Shown here piece by piece: positions 63,701 through 64,000 of a stretch of 64,000 bases of DNA. The stretch comes from Chthoniobacterales bacterium (GTDB lineage: Bacteria > Verrucomicrobiota > Verrucomicrobiia > Chthoniobacterales > UBA6821). Made by a program: the position numbers and the translations under genes. The DNA lies in the NCBI GenBank assembly GCA_049314455.1, contig JBMOFC010000005.1, forward strand, positions 5,095 through 69,094, given 5' to 3'. The notes under the pieces are model-generated. The model saw only the letters and a program-made list of their open reading frames with translations, had not been told where the DNA came from and ran no database searches. Numbering within the stretch: position 1 is the first letter of the stretch; every line of letters starts with the position of its first letter.

Positions 63701-63708
63701 AAAATTTT

Positions 63709-64000
63709 ATGAAAAAAAAATGTGCTTTTACATTACTCGAATTGTTAATCGTCATTTCCATCATTGCAATAATGGCATCACTCACCTTGCCCCATATTCT
63801 CTCAGCTCTCACCAAAGGAGAGATGCTCCAAACAGCAAGTAATGCACGCCAGCTATATCTTGCCACACAATCCATGGCAATCGATGCAACGACCAGTGGA
63901 GATACGACACTGGGATGGCCTGGTGACATGAGCTCTCCCAGCTTCTCTGCATGGGCTTCTGCACTCTGTTCTAGTTATTTATCCAAGAATGAATTTTGCA
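63709..64000 (+). CDS. prepilin-type N-terminal cleavage/methylation domain protein (pseudopilin-like), 3' end outside window
   Basis: Open frame to the window end. MKKKCAFTLLELLIVISIIAIMASL is the class III signal / N-methylation motif. This ORF is absent from the track because it has no stop within the window. Confidence 0.75.
   Translation, partial: MKKKCAFTLLELLIVISIIAIMASLTLPHILSALTKGEMLQTASNARQLYLATQSMAIDATTSGDTTLGWPGDMSSPSFSAWASALCSSYLSKNEFC

Noticed and set aside
1-64000. tRNA, rRNA, RNase P RNA, SRP RNA or 6S RNA genes.
   Set aside because: Apart from the tmRNA, I found no T-loop/acceptor-type or other hallmark sequences in the spacers. This is a by-eye scan only, so small ncRNAs cannot be excluded.

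Overview
About 50 protein genes plus one tmRNA in a bacterial chromosomal window of moderate G+C. A prepilin-type N-methylation-motif protein, archaeal-type ProRS, a GuaB3-type IMPDH paralogue and many secreted glycoside hydrolases suggest a PVC-superphylum (Verrucomicrobia-like) organism. That taxonomic guess is inference only. Housekeeping genes: fabI, fabF, ssrA, pyrF-pyrE, an ABC-F ATPase, recF, purF-(luxI-like)-purM, purH, rpmH, rnpA-yidD-yidC, cbpA-like, bioB, gmhA, proS, pyrH-frr, a znuACB-like metal transporter and glgB. Accessory genes: a GH64-like glucanase in an apparent operon with exbB-exbD-tonB, two tandem clan GH-A paralogues, a GH5 cellulase, a GT9 glycosyltransferase, an Rpn-type nuclease and five visibly A+T-richer orphan genes with low-complexity or coiled-coil regions. 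The most unusual property is that almost every intergenic spacer is filled with short non-coding palindromic repeats. I count at least ten families, nested up to three deep, several with TA target-site duplications. These repeats have remodelled gene ends. There is an in-frame 48-codon insertion in pyrF. Repeat termini supply stop codons. One hairpin repeat encodes identical T-R-S C-terminal tails on three unrelated proteins. Repeat arms encode a lipoprotein signal peptide and overlap the bioB start. Gene remnants flank one element. No transposase that could mobilise them lies in the window. A LuxI-family synthase with the canonical invariant residues sits inside the purF-purM operon. No tRNA, rRNA, CRISPR array, prophage or recognisable defence island was seen. 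Everything is from reading the sequence and ORF track. Repeat boundaries are +/- a few nt and no database search was possible.
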